Source: a virus
Taxonomy: Duplodnaviria; Caudoviricetes
Length of the DNA: 50,660 bases
Strand: one strand, 5' to 3'
Virus record (IMG/VR): IMGVR_UViG_3300003965_000014
Coordinates: 1-50,660 of that record
The position numbers and the translations under genes are program-made. The notes beneath the pieces were generated by a model, which had not been told where the DNA came from, did not search any database, and saw only the letters and a program-made list of their open reading frames with translations. How positions within the stretch are numbered: position 1 is the stretch's first letter; every line of letters starts with the position of its first letter. Shown here piece after piece: positions 46,350 through 50,660 of the stretch.

Positions 46350-46696
46350 CCACTTAATACCCTAAACGAAGGATAGTAGTTTAGGGTATTTTCCAAATTG
46401 CTTTGAAAAAGCAAAGGGAAGCGTGGGTGTATTTTTCTTTTTCTCATTCTACTGTCAAATTGAAAAACGTCAACCCTATTGCTTAGAACAAAGCCATCAG
46501 CGTATATGAACGTAGTGCTTAAACTATTTAGGCTTTTTTATAAGCCGTTGCCAAGGCATCCCCGCTGCGAATTTGAGCGAAGGTATGGGTGGTTGCCCAG
46601 GGCGGTTAAATGATCCGTTTCAGAGTGGTTATTGATTAAACCTCCTGCATTTCTATGCGGGAGCCTTTTACTCAACTTTTAAAAAACTATTGAATT

Positions 46697-46900
46697 ATGA
46701 ATGCAAAAGAGTATTACGAACACATTCACGGCACGGGTGAAGATTCTGACAACCTTAATAAGAGTGCTGTAATTCTTCTTATGGAGCAGTATAGAATTCA
46801 TTGTGAGTATGGTGATAAAGGAACTGCTGATAATACACAGACCTATTTTCATATGGCAAGCAACAATCACTCACCTGTTTCTACAGGAGAGTCTTATTAA
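46697..46900 (+). CDS. Hypothetical phage protein
   Basis: 67-aa ORF. Confidence 0.45.
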   Translation: MNAKEYYEHIHGTGEDSDNLNKSAVILLMEQYRIHCEYGDKGTADNTQTYFHMASNNHSPVSTGESY

Positions 46901-46912
46901 AACTTAACTGCT

Positions 46913-47287
46913 ATGCTCACACCGCAAGAACGTTATACCATTTCTCAAAACCTGCAGCGTGTTCATCATAACAGCGTTTATGGTATTGCCATAAAAAATT
47001 TTCTGGCTGTTTTTCCTTCAAAAACAGATGAAGAAGTTGTTACCCTTATGCGTGGTTTGCAAAGCCAGATTGATGACAACCCGCTGCTTATGAAAGAAAT
47101 TTTAGGGCCTGTGTTTTACTTCTTTGATACATGGAAGCGAACACCAAAAAGCCTCAATATTCATGAACACACTAAATATCTGGTTAAAGCAGCTATGTGC
47201 AGAAGTAAAACGGCTGCTGAAGCTGCCCGGTTATTAGGCATATCCTACAAATCATTTTTCAGATATAAACAACAATTCAATCTTTAA
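46913..47287 (+). CDS. Protein with C-terminal Fis-type HTH
   Basis: AAEAARLLGISYKSFFRY. Confidence 0.7.
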   Translation: MLTPQERYTISQNLQRVHHNSVYGIAIKNFLAVFPSKTDEEVVTLMRGLQSQIDDNPLLMKEILGPVFYFFDTWKRTPKSLNIHEHTKYLVKAAMCRSKTAAEAARLLGISYKSFFRYKQQFNL

Positions 47288-47288
47288 C

Positions 47289-47618
47289 ATGGCAACAACT
47301 ATCAGCAATTACCAGCACCTGGATGCGGTAATGAGAGACCTTGCAGACATTCAGCACAACTCACCCGGACTTGCTTTACTCTTTGGTGAGCGCATCAAAA
47401 ATTTTGTGCAGCGTAACAGCATCCGTATTAATGTGCTTAATACCAAGCGCAAAGAAATAAGCAGTAAGCACTGCCTGCTGGATGAAAAAGAAAACCCCAT
47501 AATTAAACCGGATGAAAACGGTGTGCCCCGTTACTGTTTTATTGATGATTCACACAAAGAACAGTTTGAAAAGGAAATGCTTGATCTGTATGCCATAAGT
47601 TTTGAACTGCACATATGA
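47289..47618 (+). CDS. Hypothetical phage protein
   Basis: 109 aa, ATGA overlap with primase. Confidence 0.6.
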   Translation: MATTISNYQHLDAVMRDLADIQHNSPGLALLFGERIKNFVQRNSIRINVLNTKRKEISSKHCLLDEKENPIIKPDENGVPRYCFIDDSHKEQFEKEMLDLYAISFELHI

Positions 47619-48691
47619 TTAAACAATCTACCATAGACGAAGTAAGGAGCAAGGCCAGCCTGGTGGAAGTGGTGGGTAAATACACCAACCTCAAACGCAG
47701 TGGCAGCGGTTACAGCGGTTGCTGTCCCTTTCATACTGAAAAAACCCCCAGCTTTCATGTAACACCGGCTAAAGGCATTTACAAATGCTTTGGCTGCGGT
47801 AAGAGTGGTGATGTGTTTCGCATAGTGATGGAGCAGGAGCGCAAAACATTTTTTGAAGCAGTGGAAGTGCTGGCCGCTCAGTACAACGTAACGGTGGAAG
47901 TGGATGAAAAAAGCAAGCAGGTAACACAGGAGCAGAAAGATGCCAAGAAAGAACAGCAGCTGCTCATGACTTGGGCACACCTCCAATACATGAACCTGCT
48001 GGAGCAATTACCTGCCGATGCTGAGGCAGTAACCTATCTCCACAACCGTGGCTACAATGAAGACCGCATCAAACATTGGAGTTTGGGCTTTGCGCCGGAT
48101 AGCTGGGATTTTTTGAAAACTTCCATCATTAACATGGGCAAGCATGAGCACGGTGTAAACTGTGGCCTTGTGTACAGCAGGGATGGAAAGAACTTTGATT
48201 TTTTCCGCAACCGCATCATTATTCCCATACACGATGTAAACGGTTTTGTGGTGGGCATAGCCGGCCGCAGCCTGCCCAGCAGTGGCGATAAAGGCCCTAA
48301 GTACCTCAACCCCTGCGAAAGCCTTATCTACCAAAAGAAAAAGATTTGGTACGGATTGCACACGGCACAGCAGGCCATTAAGGAACGTGGCTTTGTGTAC
48401 ATCACAGAAGGGTATATGGATGTGCAGAGCATGCAGGATGCGGGTATGGTAAACACCGTGGCCAGTTGCGGTACGGAGATAGATGATGCACAGGTGCTGC
48501 TGCTGAAACGCTATACAGAGCATGCGGTACTGGCTTATGATGGCGATAAGCCGGGTATTGATAAGGCCATGAAGCATGTAAACCTGTTTACCAGGCATAA
48601 TATGAAACTGAGTTTGGTAGAACTACCGGATAAGATGGACCCGGATGAATATGTGAGGAAGGTGCTGAACGAACATGGAGCAGTAGCATAA
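47615..48691 (+). CDS. dnaG: DnaG-type primase (CHC2 zinc finger, core, TOPRIM)
   Basis: CPFHTEKTPSF, CFGCG, PKYLN, EGYMD, YDGD, DPD; no C-terminal helicase-binding domain. Confidence 0.9.
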   Translation: MIKQSTIDEVRSKASLVEVVGKYTNLKRSGSGYSGCCPFHTEKTPSFHVTPAKGIYKCFGCGKSGDVFRIVMEQERKTFFEAVEVLAAQYNVTVEVDEKSKQVTQEQKDAKKEQQLLMTWAHLQYMNLLEQLPADAEAVTYLHNRGYNEDRIKHWSLGFAPDSWDFLKTSIINMGKHEHGVNCGLVYSRDGKNFDFFRNRIIIPIHDVNGFVVGIAGRSLPSSGDKGPKYLNPCESLIYQKKKIWYGLHTAQQAIKERGFVYITEGYMDVQSMQDAGMVNTVASCGTEIDDAQVLLLKRYTEHAVLAYDGDKPGIDKAMKHVNLFTRHNMKLSLVELPDKMDPDEYVRKVLNEHGAVA

Positions 48692-48774
48692 GGGTAGTGC
48701 GGCAGTGCAATTAATAAAATGGTTGTAAGGTGATTAAGAACACTGCAGGCTTGGGTTCGACCCCCAACGCTCCG
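48677..48774 (+). ncRNA. tRNA-like element with a 33-nt loop in place of the anticodon loop
   Basis: Acceptor GGAGCAG/CGCTCC, D arm GCAT/GTGC, stem GCAGTG/CACTGC, T arm TTGGG-TTCGACC-CCCAA. Confidence 0.6.
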
Positions 48775-48800
48775 CTTTTTTAACAATTAAAACCTCTACA

Positions 48801-48959
48801 ATGGCAAGAGAAACAAAAACCACCACAACCGGTGGACAAAAGGTGGAGACAGTGATCAGTAAATCACTGCACAAGCAGTTCAGGAAATACTGCAAGGGCA
48901 AAAACATTTCCATGAGTCAGCGCCTGCGTGATCTCATTCAGAAGGAAGTGAAAAAATGA
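48801..48959 (+). CDS. Small ribbon-helix-helix-like protein (52 aa, not in ORF track)
   Basis: KVETVISKSLHKQFRKYCKGKNISMSQRLRDLI. Confidence 0.65.
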   Translation: MARETKTTTTGGQKVETVISKSLHKQFRKYCKGKNISMSQRLRDLIQKEVKK

Positions 48960-49120
48960 TGGAGCAAGCTACCATACGGCCCATTAATGCACCAGTGCAT
49001 GAAATGCTTACACCGGAAGAGGAAAGTTTGGTAGCTTTAGCCTCTCACATCATTACACAAAAAACTATTGAACAACTGAGTTATGAACAAAGCCATCAGG
49101 TACCTGAGGTACAGCAGTGA
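48956..49120 (+). CDS. Small protein (54 aa) overlapping the integrase start
   Basis: MMEQATIRP...QVPEVQQ; ATGA coupling upstream. Confidence 0.5.
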   Translation: MMEQATIRPINAPVHEMLTPEEESLVALASHIITQKTIEQLSYEQSHQVPEVQQ

Positions 49121-50660
49121 CGGACAAAGCCAGCACTCCATTGAACGTCAGGAGCAGGTAACTGCTCAGTGGCTTCAGTTTAACAAAGTGGAGCTTACTG
49201 ATACGTTCATAGATGAAGGCTACAGTGCCCGCAATTTTGACCGGCCCGACATTAAACAGTTGTTTGATTTCATCAAAAAAAACCACCGTTCCATCAATTA
49301 CCTGGTAGTAGCAGAGTTGAGCCGTTTCAGTCGTGAAGCAGGGGATGCTATTACGATGGTAAAGAAAATTCAATCTACCTACGGCATTAACATTGTAAGC
49401 GCTGCCCGTGGCACTGTGTATGATGTGTATGACAGTAACAGCTTTATGATGATGGGGATTGAATTTTTACTGGGTAACAGTGAAAACATTAAACGCACCA
49501 ATGATATCAACGGTGGCATTTACACCGCCAAAGCAGTAAAAGGAAAGTGGATACAGGGCGGAGCTGCTCCATTTGGTTATACCAAAGAAGGCAGTGGCGA
49601 TAACCGCCGCCTGGTGGTGAATGAAGCAGAAGCAGTGATGGTACGGATGATCTTTCGCAGTTACTTAAACGGTACACCCATTTACCGCATACGTGAAGAG
49701 GTAAAAGCATTGGGCTTCCGTAAAACGGGCAACGATGCCATTACAGAGATATTGAAGAATCCGCTGTATATGGGTTACCAGTATGTAAAGCCGTGGAAAA
49801 ATCTGCCCGGTGGTTTGTACCCTTTGAAAAACTTTACACCACTTGTGAGCGAACAGGATTGGAAGAAGGTGCAGGATCTGTTGAAACCGGGTAAACCCAA
49901 GCAACTGGTGAATGATTCCTTTCCTCTCCGTGGTGTACTTAAATGCCATTGCGGCCGCTGCCTTACAGGAGCCAGCAGCCGTGGCAGACATGGTGTTTAT
50001 TTTCCGTACTACAAATGCCAGGTGAGCGGCCACAATAACATCAACGCAACAAAAGCACATGCACAGCTGGAGCAGGTACTGCAGCACATGAGTTTGCCAC
50101 AGCGTTTGATTGATGCTATTCGCCGGCAGAGTGAACAACTACTGCAACAACGTTTGCAGGAACAGCAGCAGTTACTATTGAAACATGAGAGTGATCTGAA
50201 ACGTGTACAGCAGAACCTGATGAATGTGGAAGAAAAATGGATCACCAATCAATTGAATCTGGAAAGCTATCAGCGTTGGTTTGATACGTACAACAGAGAG
50301 CGTATTGTGCTGAGCGGAACGATTAAACAGCTGAAGCGTGAATTTAACCAGGCATCAGTGCTGCTGGATGCCAATCTTGAACCATTAAAGGATTTACGCT
50401 ACCTGTACGTAAATGCAGCAACTGTACAAAAGCAGGAGTTGCTGCGCAGGGTGTTCGATAACCGGTTATACTATGCCAATGGCCTTTATCGAACCCCTTA
50501 CCTCATGCCTGTTTTCAAGCATAACGAACTGATTTTAAAACAAAACCAGCTGCTCGAACTGGATGCGGTAAGGGGTGAAGACGGGTCAGGTGGAGCTGAG
50601 GGGAATCGAACCCCTGTCCAAACACATTCTCCAAAAGCTTTCTACATGCTTATTTCATGA
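49083..50660 (+). CDS. Large serine recombinase (integrase), prophage form
   Basis: YLRYSSDGQ, SRFSRE, PFGY, NPLYMG, zinc ribbon CHC..YYKC, coiled coil; last 21 codons are read from antisense ssrA. Confidence 0.92.
   Translation: MNKAIRYLRYSSDGQSQHSIERQEQVTAQWLQFNKVELTDTFIDEGYSARNFDRPDIKQLFDFIKKNHRSINYLVVAELSRFSREAGDAITMVKKIQSTYGINIVSAARGTVYDVYDSNSFMMMGIEFLLGNSENIKRTNDINGGIYTAKAVKGKWIQGGAAPFGYTKEGSGDNRRLVVNEAEAVMVRMIFRSYLNGTPIYRIREEVKALGFRKTGNDAITEILKNPLYMGYQYVKPWKNLPGGLYPLKNFTPLVSEQDWKKVQDLLKPGKPKQLVNDSFPLRGVLKCHCGRCLTGASSRGRHGVYFPYYKCQVSGHNNINATKAHAQLEQVLQHMSLPQRLIDAIRRQSEQLLQQRLQEQQQLLLKHESDLKRVQQNLMNVEEKWITNQLNLESYQRWFDTYNRERIVLSGTIKQLKREFNQASVLLDANLEPLKDLRYLYVNAATVQKQELLRRVFDNRLYYANGLYRTPYLMPVFKHNELILKQNQLLELDAVRGEDGSGGAEGNRTPVQTHSPKAFYMLIS
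50589..50660 (-). ncRNA. ssrA: tmRNA 3' end (partial)
   Basis: Minus strand reads TAAGCATGTAGAAAGC...GGACAGGGGTTCGATTCCCCTCAGCTCCACC: T arm plus Ala-type acceptor strand, no anticodon arm. Confidence 0.85.
50590..50615. other. Right attachment site
   Basis: GTGGAG-N8-AATCGAACCCCT. Confidence 0.85.

Larger units (their letters stand above)
45668..46489. mobile_element. Integron-like cassette 2 (YdhK-like gene)
   Basis: GTTCTAAGCAGTAGGGT (45768-45784) is complementary at 16/17 to ACCCTATTGCTTAGAAC (46473-46489). Confidence 0.7.
3413..50595 (+). mobile_element. Siphovirus-like prophage (~47.2 kb) integrated in tmRNA
   Basis: GTGGAG core at both ends, serine integrase, repressor/Cro, primase, helicase, capsid, terminase, portal, tape measure, endolysin; no sheath gene recognised. 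Confidence 0.92.

Noticed and set aside
50589-50660. tRNA gene at the right att site
   Set aside because: Upstream sequence lacks anticodon and D arms and fits the tmRNA 3' region.

Overview
Bacteroidota DNA, probably Chitinophagaceae (inferred from TAnnTTTG-type promoters and protein families). Three host genes (serine hydrolase, mtaB, SET-domain protein; 1-3110) precede an apparently full-length ~47.2 kb siphovirus-like prophage (3413-50595), inserted by a large serine recombinase into the 3' end of tmRNA (ssrA, minus strand, window end). The shared core GTGGAG lies inside the integrase gene, so integration swaps the integrase C-terminus, separates ssrA from its terminator and splits the early operon between primase and helicase. 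The most striking signal is a phage-borne integron-like system: an IntI-like tyrosine recombinase (8659-9552) and two unrelated cargo cassettes about 37 kb apart (a two-frame C5 methyltransferase; a DUF1541/YdhK-like gene) that share an attC-like hairpin, complementary GTTCTA/TAGAAC ends and fixed-length homologous flanks. Also seen: seven exactly spaced putative late promoters, a methyltransferase plus triple glycosyltransferase fusion, a tRNA-like RNA with a 33-nt anticodon loop, iterons, and an HNH gene frameshifted by a 49-bp duplication. All calls are by eye from motifs; no database searches were run.
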